Source: an uncultured Flavobacteriales bacterium (GTDB lineage Bacteria; Bacteroidota; Bacteroidia; Flavobacteriales_D; Crocinitomicaceae). Taken from it: a DNA stretch of 64,000 nucleotides. The stretch lies in the NCBI GenBank assembly GCA_963977135.1, contig CAXBNN010000009.1, positions 6,771-70,770 on the forward strand. The letters run 5' to 3'. The notes beneath the pieces were generated by a model that had not been told where the DNA came from, ran no database searches, and was given only the letters and a program-made list of their open reading frames with translations. The translations under genes and the position numbers were made by a program. Positions 8,171-16,368 of this stretch are shown in pieces. Position 1 is the first letter of the stretch; each line of letters begins with the position of its first letter.

Positions 8171-8409
8171 AACCACGATTAGCCGGATTAGAGGATTACC
8201 GAGATTTCAATATGCTTGTGTGTTTAGGTTATCTAAATTAATCGTGGTTATCTTATCATCCATAAAATCCTGGTTAAAATGGAGAAACCACGATTTAAAG
8301 CCTGCCTGTCGACAGACAAGGATTTCAGATTTCCTGGATTTCATTTTACTTGTGCGTTCGGGTTATACTAAATAATCATGGTAATCCCTTAATCCGGCTA
8401 ATCGTGGTT
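8171..8409. repeat. MITE-like / REP-like element with 30-bp terminal inverted repeats
   Basis: aaccacgattagccggattagaggattacc (8171-8200) versus the reverse complement of ggtaatcccttaatccggctaatcgtggtt (8380-8409): 28/30 identical. Internal extra copies of aaccacgatt in the order fwd/rev/fwd/rev (8171, 8241, 8287, 8400). Internal 10-bp palindrome ctgtcgacag. ORF 8157..8375 inside it looks spurious. Confidence 0.6.
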
Positions 8410-8578
8410 AATTTTTAAAGAATCCCTTGTCGGGCGGAGCCTTTCATTTTTTCTGTTTACCTTTCAGCATTGTAAATCGAATAAGCTTCAATCCATCTCA
8501 AACTCAAAGAATATAGCGATTATAACTCCAGGTTTTCCATCGGATGAGAACGATACAACTTGCATTCCTGCGCTTCAA

Positions 8579-9532
8579 TTGTTCGTCCGAGAACTGAGTA
8601 AGCAGAATGTTCAGATAACTGTTTTCACACTTCATTATCCTTACCGGAATCAGGAATATTTCTGGAACGGAATTACTGTTGTTCCGCTAAACGGAGAAAA
8701 TAAGTTTCTTCGTCGAAAATTTATGTTTCCTAAGTTGAAAACAATCTTTGCAGAAAAAGAACAACTGTTGAAATTTGATATTATTCATGCGTTTTGGTTG
8801 AATGAAGCCACAAGTTTCGCCATAAAACTGGGCAAAAAATTGAATATTCCAGTTATTGCAACGGCTATGGGACAGGATGTATTGAAACAAAACGGCTGGT
8901 TAAAGAAGATGGATTTTTCATTTTTGTCGGAAATCATAATGCTTTCAAAATTTCATCAGAACGAAGCAAAGAAAAGTAGTGTCGAAAATTCTAGAGTTAT
9001 TCACTTTGGAATTGAGGCTTTTCTAGAAAGTGTACCAAATAAAATCTACGATTTCATAGCCATTGGAAATTTAATTCCTCTGAAGCAATTTGATTATTTT
9101 ATTGATGTTTTAGCTGAAGTTAAAAAACAAGCGCCTGGATTTAGAGCTATTGTTATAGGTGATGGAATTGAAAGAAAGGCATTGACCGACCGTATTCAAA
9201 AAAATGGGCTCGAAGAGAATATAGAACTTTGTGGTTTACTTTCATATGCAGATACAATGGAAATGCTGGCTTCGTCCAAAGTTTTAATTCATCCATCCAA
9301 ATATGAAAGTTTTGGGATGATTTTTATTGAAGCTCTGAATTTACAAACCCATGTCTTGGCCTCACAAGTTGGGTTAGCAATGGAGGAGGAACAAATTCAC
9401 AAATTGCAATTTGACGTAAAACATGATGCAGAATTAGCTTTGAGATTATTGGAACAGCCAAAACCGAAACAGAAAGTTTACGAAATAAAAGAAACAGTAA
9501 AAGCTTATCTTGAAATCTACAATCGTTTCTGA
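8579..9532 (+). CDS. GT4-family glycosyltransferase; the annotated TTG start is probably not the true N-terminus (possible 5' truncation or non-canonical start)
   Basis: C-terminal ESFGMIFIEALNLQTHVLAS (EX7E-type GT-B motif). The frame stays open upstream to the stop at 8399-8401 and encodes KNIAIITPGFPSDENDTTCIPALQ (about 8507-8578), a typical GT4 N-terminal strand, but there is no ATG/GTG/TTG in that stretch. Confidence 0.7.
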   Translation: MFVRELSKQNVQITVFTLHYPYRNQEYFWNGITVVPLNGENKFLRRKFMFPKLKTIFAEKEQLLKFDIIHAFWLNEATSFAIKLGKKLNIPVIATAMGQDVLKQNGWLKKMDFSFLSEIIMLSKFHQNEAKKSSVENSRVIHFGIEAFLESVPNKIYDFIAIGNLIPLKQFDYFIDVLAEVKKQAPGFRAIVIGDGIERKALTDRIQKNGLEENIELCGLLSYADTMEMLASSKVLIHPSKYESFGMIFIEALNLQTHVLASQVGLAMEEEQIHKLQFDVKHDAELALRLLEQPKPKQKVYEIKETVKAYLEIYNRF

Positions 9533-10266
9533 ACCATCAACCAAGTAAAAGGTGAGCGCTTTTTAAAAATCTTCAATTTCCATTTTTTCGGTCGATAGAA
9601 AATGGAGTATCCAGAAGGCAAATGATTCCAAATCAAATGATGATAATATTCATTTGCTTGCGGTTCACCAATGTTTTCGAAATAATCAACGGATCTTTCT
9701 TGAGCGTCTTTTTGATCTCTTTGATAGTAAATTGGACTGTCCAATATGTGAATTTCACCTCGTGTATCGAGCAAACTATCTAGAACATCCCAGAATTCTT
9801 TAGTCAATTCAAAGTACTGTATGCTGGCATTGAAGGTGATTAAATCAAATGATTTTTCAGGTAAAAGACTCAAATCTGTACAACATACAAAATGCAAATT
9901 TTCATTTTGAAAACAACGTGCCGCTTGCTCTAGCTCTTCTTTTCCTACGTCCAATCCAACAACAAATTCAGGTTTTCCTAACAGTTGATTGGTGAACCAA
10001 CCGTTGCCACAGCCTATGTCCAAAACTCTGTGAAATGGCTTCAACTTGGTGTATTTCTGAAATTTTTTAACCGTAAATTGTCTCTTTTTCCATTCTGCAA
10101 AATGAGGATGTGTATTTGGCAGAAAGGGTAACTTTTTTACGAGATCATCATCCAATAAACGATTTTCCTTTTTGCGCACTTTTAAATAAACTGATTCGAA
10201 ATCTGTTTTCGCTTGCGTTAAATAATAAACGCCATTTTCGCTTTTGGAAAGAAATTCTGGTTTCAT
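9517..10266 (-). CDS. class I SAM-dependent methyltransferase
   Basis: 249 aa. Motif I VLDIGCGNGWFTNQL. ATGA overlap with the upstream rSAM gene. Its 3' end overlaps the convergent GT4 gene by 16 bp. Confidence 0.8.
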   Translation of the reverse strand: MKPEFLSKSENGVYYLTQAKTDFESVYLKVRKKENRLLDDDLVKKLPFLPNTHPHFAEWKKRQFTVKKFQKYTKLKPFHRVLDIGCGNGWFTNQLLGKPEFVVGLDVGKEELEQAARCFQNENLHFVCCTDLSLLPEKSFDLITFNASIQYFELTKEFWDVLDSLLDTRGEIHILDSPIYYQRDQKDAQERSVDYFENIGEPQANEYYHHLIWNHLPSGYSIFYRPKKWKLKIFKKRSPFTWLMVQKRL

Positions 10267-11615
10267 TTAGCGTTGATATTCATGAGTAAATAAGACAATT
10301 TGGCTTTCAATTTTGGCACCAAAGCATTTGTTCTTTCCGCTTTCCAACTGTTCATGAGATAACGAATCGAATGGCGATAAAATCGATTGGAGTAAGGCAA
10401 TTCAATTTGAATTTCTCTGTCTGTGCTTTTTGACCAATCGCTCGGCAACAGTAACTTGTTTTCAACTTCGGTATACAAACTTGTACCTTTTATGGGATAT
10501 GCTTTTGTTATCGTCAGATAATTCGGCCGACAAGCAACCAGATATTCTTTGGTCAATCGGATATCTTCCTTTGTTTCTCCAGGATAACCAACCATAATAA
10601 AAGTTCCTGCTTCCATTCCTAATTCTTGCGTTCGCAGAATTCTATCTTTCACTTCTTCCAAAGAAACGCGGCGATCCATTTTATCAATAATTTTCTGAGA
10701 ACCACTTTCGGCACCAATCCAAATTCGGAAACAACCCATTTCTTTGAGTTGCATTAACACTTCATCTGGCAATCGTTCAGCTCGCGTAATGCATTCAAAA
10801 TCGATTTTTAAATTGTGTTTTTTGAACTCATCATAGAGTTCGCTTATCCATTTGTGACTAACGGTAAAAACGTCGTCCACAAACCAAAGTGCTTCAACTT
10901 GGAACTTATTTTTAAGTTCTAAAATTTCCTCCACAACCTTATTTGGAGGGTTTCTTCTATAACTTTGACCGTAAACTGCAGTACTACACCATTTGCACGT
11001 GTACGGACAGCCTCGTTGCGTGCTAATATTTGCCGTTCGTTTACCATGATGTTGACCCCAAACTTCGAGGTATTTTTCGAATGGAATGGAATCTCTATCT
11101 GGAAAAGGTATGTCTTGAAGTTCTTTAATTTTTGTTCGTGAAGGAGTTGTAATCACTTTATCTCCAGCAAGAAGAGCAATTCCTTCTATTTCCGAAATAT
11201 CACCTTTTTGTTCTAATGCGGAAGTTAATTCCAACATGGTTTGCTCCCCTTCTCCAATTATTGCAAAATCAAAACCTGCGCGTAAATAGTTTTCTGTATT
11301 GTAAGTTACGTCGGGTCCACCAACGATTAAAGAACAGTCAGGAAGATTTTTTTTGATAAATTGAACCAGCTCCAAGACCCTTATTTTGGTCATTAAATTG
11401 GTGTAAAACGCAATGATTTTCGGCTGAATTTCAAGAATATCATTTTGCCATTTTTCCTGTGATGAAAATGTACTGTCCAAAACCGTAACATCCTTCTTCT
11501 GTTCTTTTAAGAAACTTGAAATATAAAGTAAACCCAAAGTCGGGTATGGGCGCATGATTTCCAATTCTTTAGGGTCTTCGGAAAGAAAATAACCATGCGT
11601 TAATACAATTTTCAT
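10263..11615 (-). CDS. B12-binding-domain radical SAM protein, paralogue B
   Basis: 450 aa. LIVGGPDVTYN...IIGEGEQTM (B12-like domain) and QRGCPYTCKWCS (CxxxCxxC). Clear N-terminal similarity to paralogue C (MKIVLTHGYF / MKILLTHSYF). Confidence 0.85.
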   Translation of the reverse strand: MKIVLTHGYFLSEDPKELEIMRPYPTLGLLYISSFLKEQKKDVTVLDSTFSSQEKWQNDILEIQPKIIAFYTNLMTKIRVLELVQFIKKNLPDCSLIVGGPDVTYNTENYLRAGFDFAIIGEGEQTMLELTSALEQKGDISEIEGIALLAGDKVITTPSRTKIKELQDIPFPDRDSIPFEKYLEVWGQHHGKRTANISTQRGCPYTCKWCSTAVYGQSYRRNPPNKVVEEILELKNKFQVEALWFVDDVFTVSHKWISELYDEFKKHNLKIDFECITRAERLPDEVLMQLKEMGCFRIWIGAESGSQKIIDKMDRRVSLEEVKDRILRTQELGMEAGTFIMVGYPGETKEDIRLTKEYLVACRPNYLTITKAYPIKGTSLYTEVENKLLLPSDWSKSTDREIQIELPYSNRFYRHSIRYLMNSWKAERTNALVPKLKAKLSYLLMNINAK

Positions 11616-11624
11616 TGGTACAAT

Positions 11625-12398
11625 TTACTTCCTTTTCGTCAATTGAATGTAATAATGATCAGCGTAATTCGCTAAAAAGCTGAACGAAAGAAAACGATCT
11701 TTGAATGCTAGAATTGAAATTAGCCAGCTTTTGTTTGAAAACCAATGCGAAAGATAGGAGGGAGGAACTAATAATCCGATAGGTTTTAGTTTTTCGACCT
11801 TAAAATTTGAACCAGCTAATTTCTTAATCTCTTTCGGAGAATAATACCAAGTTTGAATCGTTTCATTTTCTACTGAAACAGAAATTGATTGATAGGTATT
11901 TCGTCGGCCGATTTCACTGAATTTTCCTTTTGCCAATAGGAAAAGATTATCCCAAATACAGTTTTTACCCATAATCAATAGGATAATTTTGGCATCTGCT
12001 TTTAAATTTTGATTCGCTTCGAGAAAGAACTGCTTTATTTCAGCACTTGAGAGACAATTGAAACCGCCAAAATTTGAGAATATGATATTTTTTCCTCTTA
12101 ATTCTTCTCGACAATTTTTGATATCCAATTGTTTGAAATCGATAGATGGAAATTTTGATTTTGAAACCTTGACCATTTCTTGAGAAATATCTGTTGCTAG
12201 AATGTGCATTTTACGTTCTTCCCAGCGTGAAGCATCTTCACCAGTTCCACAATTCAGTTCGAGCACATGACTGTTTTGGGGAAATCTATTTTTATCGATA
12301 TGTCTCCAAACTGCATTGCGCTGTGCTATTCCAATGTTTGTATTGGTGAAAGTTTCATCGTAACGAGTGGCGGCTTTGTCAAAAGATTCTTTCTCCAT
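11625..12398 (-). CDS. class I SAM-dependent methyltransferase
   Basis: 257 aa. Motif I VLELNCGTGEDASRW. The start abuts the stop of the upstream rSAM gene (TAA-ATG). Confidence 0.8.
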   Translation of the reverse strand: MEKESFDKAATRYDETFTNTNIGIAQRNAVWRHIDKNRFPQNSHVLELNCGTGEDASRWEERKMHILATDISQEMVKVSKSKFPSIDFKQLDIKNCREELRGKNIIFSNFGGFNCLSSAEIKQFFLEANQNLKADAKIILLIMGKNCIWDNLFLLAKGKFSEIGRRNTYQSISVSVENETIQTWYYSPKEIKKLAGSNFKVEKLKPIGLLVPPSYLSHWFSNKSWLISILAFKDRFLSFSFLANYADHYYIQLTKRK

Positions 12399-13820
12399 TT
12401 AGCGAATTTTAAATTGGAGATATTTCGCAGCGATGAGGTTGTAAGGAGCTAAAACTGCATAACGCCATGAAATAAATGAATTCCAGTTCTTCCATTTTTT
12501 CATTCCTTGCTGGAAACGAAATTGATGATGGACGAAACGTTGCAGCGTTTTATAATAGTTTGAATCATAGGTTCCTTTGAACATCAAATCCAAATCATCA
12601 GAATCGGTCCAGTTTGATTTTTTACTCAATTGACTTTTTACTGTTTCATAAAAAGGAGTTCCAGGCAAAGGATAGGAAACCGAAATACCTATGTCATCAG
12701 GCTGGTTTTTACGAACCATTTCGGTGGTTAATTTGATATCCTCTTTGGTTTCTCCCAAGTATCCGAATTGTAGAAAATAAGCAACTCGAACACCTTGTTC
12801 TTGTAACATCTCTGTTGATTTATTAATTTGTGCAACAGTCGTTCCTTTGTCCATCGCATCCAATATTTTCTGTGAACCACTTTCGGCGCCTATCCAAACT
12901 TCTTCTAAGCCAGAATCGGCTAGTTCACGAATGGTTTCGTCTTTCAACAATAAATCTGCTCTACTTTGAATTTTATACTTGAATTTAAGTTTTTTCTCCT
13001 GAATCAATTCATTGAAACGTTTCACCCAACCGGGTTTTAATCCGAAGATGTCGTCAGTCATCCAAATGTTTTGAACGCCAAATTTGGTAATGAGCATTTC
13101 TATTTCTTCAACAACGTTTTCTGGACTTCGTGCATTGTAGCGATTTCCATAGATAGGTTTAGCACACCAATTGCATTTAAAAGGGCAACCTCTTGTTGTA
13201 GAAACGTTTAAGGTAAAAGGAAACTTGCTGTTTTTCCATATTGATTTATACTTATCGATATCAATAGCACTCCATTTTGCTATCGGAATCACGTCCAAAT
13301 CATTTAAGTTAAGCCGAGCTTTTGTTTTGGTGATTTTATCCTCATGGAGAAAGCTAATTCCTTCAATTGTGGATATATCTCCATTCTTTTCGATAGCTTT
13401 TAAACATTCCGTTAGCGTGATTTCTGCTTCACCATGAATGACAATATCCGCTCCAGAATCATGATACATTTGTGCATGATCTGTAGAATCAGAACTTGAT
13501 ACAATAACTTTGGCTCCGATTTCTTTGGCGGCGGAAATCATTTCAAAACACGCATGACGCATATTGGTCAAGCACATTTTCGTTAGGTAATTGAAACCAT
13601 CTTCATAAATCACAACAACACTAGGTTTGTTTGCCCGGATGTATTCAATACATTGGCTCGGTCCAGAATCTAATGCAACATCATAAAAATCGGATTGAAA
13701 ACCTTCTTGCTCAATTTTAGCCAATGCAGTAATCGTCGCCAAAGGTGCATAGGGCGTTTGATTAGCCCATTGTTTTTTATCCAGCTGATAGAAATAACTA
13801 TGCGTAAGTAATATCTTCAT
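12399..13820 (-). CDS. B12-binding-domain radical SAM protein, paralogue C
   Basis: 473 aa. VIHGEAEITL (B12-like domain) and TRGCPFKCNWCA (CxxxCxxC). 1-nt overlap (TAATG) with the upstream gene. Confidence 0.85.
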   Translation of the reverse strand: MKILLTHSYFYQLDKKQWANQTPYAPLATITALAKIEQEGFQSDFYDVALDSGPSQCIEYIRANKPSVVVIYEDGFNYLTKMCLTNMRHACFEMISAAKEIGAKVIVSSSDSTDHAQMYHDSGADIVIHGEAEITLTECLKAIEKNGDISTIEGISFLHEDKITKTKARLNLNDLDVIPIAKWSAIDIDKYKSIWKNSKFPFTLNVSTTRGCPFKCNWCAKPIYGNRYNARSPENVVEEIEMLITKFGVQNIWMTDDIFGLKPGWVKRFNELIQEKKLKFKYKIQSRADLLLKDETIRELADSGLEEVWIGAESGSQKILDAMDKGTTVAQINKSTEMLQEQGVRVAYFLQFGYLGETKEDIKLTTEMVRKNQPDDIGISVSYPLPGTPFYETVKSQLSKKSNWTDSDDLDLMFKGTYDSNYYKTLQRFVHHQFRFQQGMKKWKNWNSFISWRYAVLAPYNLIAAKYLQFKIR

Positions 13821-14728
13821 TACATCGCTTTCTTTTCTTCCAAAATTGGGAGGTATTCTTTTTGGAAACGAGTTTGAAGTTCTTCAAATTGTTGAAGTAC
13901 CTTATTTTGAAAATCGTGCGGATGATGTTTCGAAACGTATGGTCTTGACTTCATTGTTAAATCAAATTTAGATTGATCAAACTCTGAGAATTTTCTCTTC
14001 CATCTGTTAAAAGTCAATTGCATAAATTTTCGATCTAACCACTCGCCAAATCTGTTATCAAGCAAGCGCGTAATGATTTTAGACAAAATCGGTTTTTTAA
14101 TTTTCGTTTCTTCACTCTTTCTCAAATCCCTAGTTTTTCGCTCATCTGAAACCCAACTATTTTCTAGGTAAAATTTAGAAAAAATGGAACCTTTTGCTGG
14201 AATTAAAGTCGCAATTTCCGTGGCAGTAAAAAGATTTCTCTCTTCAATTGCAAGATGTTCATTATCAATAAAATAGTTCACGCAAAAAAACTTTCGAGAA
14301 TTCAATAAGAAGATTTTTTTATAAAGAATAAGTAAAGTTCTCGCTATCCACAACCTCTGTGCTTTGGTGATGATAAAAAAATCAAAATCGGCTTCATCCA
14401 TTAAAACTCCTTTTGATAAGGAACCCGAAATTCCAACCCCTTCTACATAAGGAAATTTTGATATGAAGTTAGCTACTTTCAAGGCTTTAGGCAACATGTG
14501 TTTTGCCTTGGCGTTCCCTTTTTTTCTATTTTCTATTTTTGAACCTAAATCAAATACAGTATAATATTCTTCATCCTGAAGAACCAAGTTTTGTTCAACT
14601 AAGGAGCTAAGTTCAATTTCGATATCCTCTATTCCTATGGCAAAAGCAATTTCCTTTTTGGTTAATGGGTAACCAAAAATTTCACTGTATATAAGTTGAT
14701 TAAGGATTTTTTGCTTTACAGGATTCAC
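13820..14728 (-). CDS. hypothetical protein, N-terminal wHTH-like region plus Pol-beta-type nucleotidyltransferase-like core
   Basis: 302 aa, GTG start. GVGISGSLSKGVLMDEADFDFFIIT fits the hG[GS]x9-13DxD minimal NTase motif. First gene of the coupled operon 14728 to 9517. Confidence 0.5.
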   Translation of the reverse strand: MNPVKQKILNQLIYSEIFGYPLTKKEIAFAIGIEDIEIELSSLVEQNLVLQDEEYYTVFDLGSKIENRKKGNAKAKHMLPKALKVANFISKFPYVEGVGISGSLSKGVLMDEADFDFFIITKAQRLWIARTLLILYKKIFLLNSRKFFCVNYFIDNEHLAIEERNLFTATEIATLIPAKGSIFSKFYLENSWVSDERKTRDLRKSEETKIKKPILSKIITRLLDNRFGEWLDRKFMQLTFNRWKRKFSEFDQSKFDLTMKSRPYVSKHHPHDFQNKVLQQFEELQTRFQKEYLPILEEKKAM

Positions 14729-14916
14729 TAAATACTATCTTCTTTTGATATTTAAAAATTGAGCAGAATTGCTAATGTACGGCTTTTATTATTTTGAATT
14801 GGCTCATTTTCAAGACTTTTTTGATTATGAAAGTTAGTTTTGGAACTTGATTAACAGATGTTAAAAAATACCTTTGGTTTCTCGAAGTTGATTGAACGAG
14901 GTGTGTTCAAAATTCT

Positions 14917-14924
14917 TATCTTTG
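14917..14924 (+). promoter_or_regulatory. candidate -7 box TAtcTTTG upstream of pyrH
   Basis: Matches the Bacteroidota TAnnTTTG consensus. TTG elements at 14887-14894 sit at roughly -33 spacing. 27 bp before the pyrH ATG. Confidence 0.35.
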
Positions 14925-14951
14925 GCACGCTTCTAATAGCTAAAATAAAAC

Positions 14952-15659
14952 ATGAAATACAAGAGAATATTGCTCAAACTAAGTGGCGAATCCTTAATGG
15001 GTAACAAGCAGTTCGGCATCGATAATGAAAGGTTAAGTTCTTACGCTCAACAAATTAAGGAGATACATGCCTTGGGCGTTGAAATTGCTATCGTTATTGG
15101 TGGTGGTAATATTTTCAGAGGAGTTCAGGCCGAAGAAGGAGGTATGGATAGAACGCATGGCGACTATATGGGAATGCTTGCAACCATGATAAACTCTATG
15201 GCATTGCAAGCAGCTCTCGAATCAGCAGGTGTTCATACGAGACTTCAATCGGCTATAGAAATGAAAGAAATAGCAGAACCTTTTGTTAGACGAAGAGCCA
15301 TGCGCCACCTAGAAAAGGGAAGAGTTGTTATTTTTGGAGCTGGAACAGGAAATCCATATTTTACAACGGATTCTGCGGCTTCGTTAAGAGCCATTGAGGT
15401 TGATGCAGATGTAATATTGAAAGGTACTCGCGTTGATGGAATTTATACGGCAGACCCGTTAAAGGATCCAACTGCAACAAAATACGACATGATTAGCTTC
15501 GATGATGCTTACAGCAAAGGATTGAAAATAATGGATATGACGGCGTTTACATTGTGTAAAGAAAATGATTTGCCAATAATCGTTTTTGATATGGACACGC
15601 CTGGTAGATTAAAGCAATTGATGGAAGGAGAACAGATTGGCACGATTGTTCGGAATTAA
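14952..15659 (+). CDS. pyrH: UMP kinase
   Basis: 235 aa. [12 protein letters not shown]...[10 protein letters not shown]...[15 protein letters not shown] is the canonical PyrH pattern. Followed by frr as in most bacteria. Confidence 0.95.
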   Translation: MKYKRILLKLSGESLMGNKQFGIDNERLSSYAQQIKEIHALGVEIAIVIGGGNIFRGVQAEEGGMDRTHGDYMGMLATMINSMALQAALESAGVHTRLQSAIEMKEIAEPFVRRRAMRHLEKGRVVIFGAGTGNPYFTTDSAASLRAIEVDADVILKGTRVDGIYTADPLKDPTATKYDMISFDDAYSKGLKIMDMTAFTLCKENDLPIIVFDMDTPGRLKQLMEGEQIGTIVRN

Positions 15660-15682
15660 AAGTTGAATTTGAAAAAATTGTT

Positions 15683-16246
15683 ATGACAGAAGAATTACAA
15701 ATGATTTATGATGATTTCAAAGCTTCCAATGGAAAATCCATGGAGCGGTTGGAAACTGAATTAACAAAAATAAGAGCAGGAAAAGCAACGCCAGGAATGC
15801 TGAGCGGGGTAATGGTAGATTATTACGGATCGGCTACACCAATTCAACAAACGGCCTCTATAAGTACAATGGATGCAAGAACAATCACTGTTCAACCATT
15901 CGAAAAATCAATGTTGGAAGAGATTTCAAAAGGAATTATCAATGCGAATTTGGGATTTGCCCCTCAAAGCAATGGCGAATCTTTAATCATTAATGTTCCG
16001 GCATTAACAGAAGATCGCAGACGTGATTTAGTGAAAAAAGCAAAAGCAGAGTGTGAGAACATGAAAGTAGCCATTCGAAATCATCGAAAAGATGCACTCG
16101 ATATGATAAAAGACTTGAAGAACGATGGTCTTTCTGAGGATTTGGCAAAAGTTGCTGAAGCTGAAGTACAAAGTATTACTGATGCGTACACGAAGAAAAT
16201 AGATGATCACCTAGAAGTTAAAGAGAAAGATATCATGACTATATAG
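15683..16246 (+). CDS. frr: ribosome recycling factor
   Basis: 187 aa. LTKIRAGKATPGMLSGVMVDYYGSATPIQQ...INVPALTEDRRRDLVK. Confidence 0.95.
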   Translation: MTEELQMIYDDFKASNGKSMERLETELTKIRAGKATPGMLSGVMVDYYGSATPIQQTASISTMDARTITVQPFEKSMLEEISKGIINANLGFAPQSNGESLIINVPALTEDRRRDLVKKAKAECENMKVAIRNHRKDALDMIKDLKNDGLSEDLAKVAEAEVQSITDAYTKKIDDHLEVKEKDIMTI

Positions 16247-16270
16247 ATTCTGAGACTTTAGATATTAGAC

Positions 16271-16309
16271 AAAAGACTTAATCCAAATATGGGTTAAGTC
16301 TTTTTTTTT
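16271..16309 (+). terminator. rho-independent terminator after frr
   Basis: 10-bp stem gacttaatcc / gggttaagtc (one G-U pair), 6-nt loop, followed by a T9 tract (16301-16309). Confidence 0.8.
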
Positions 16310-16317
16310 CCTAATCT

Positions 16318-16352
16318 GACTAAAGACTAAAGACTAAAGACTAAAGACTAAA
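16318..16352. repeat. heptanucleotide tandem repeat (gactaaa) x5, perfect
   Basis: Counted directly from the sequence. Followed by aaaatct x2. Lies between the convergent 3' ends of frr and the OmpA-family gene. Confidence 0.9.
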
Positions 16353-16368
16353 GTCCAAAATCTAAAAT

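Noticed and set aside
8157-8375. 72-aa ORF inside the MITE-like element.
   Set aside because: It reads straight through the inverted repeats and the internal palindrome, and it has no start context. It is best explained as a repeat artefact.
9517-14951. RiPP-type cluster (rSAM enzymes acting on a precursor peptide).
   Set aside because: I translated both strands of the flanking and internal spacers (14729-14951, 11616-11624, 8077-8170). The only small ORFs are 7-19 codons with no Cys/Gly-rich core, plus one ~49-codon ORF at 14858 that runs into the pyrH start and looks spurious. No peptidase, RRE or exporter is present.
16318-16352. Possible CRISPR array, or CRISPR arrays anywhere in the window.
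   Set aside because: This is a 7-bp unit with no spacers. No 24-48-bp repeat/spacer periodicity and no cas genes were seen anywhere.
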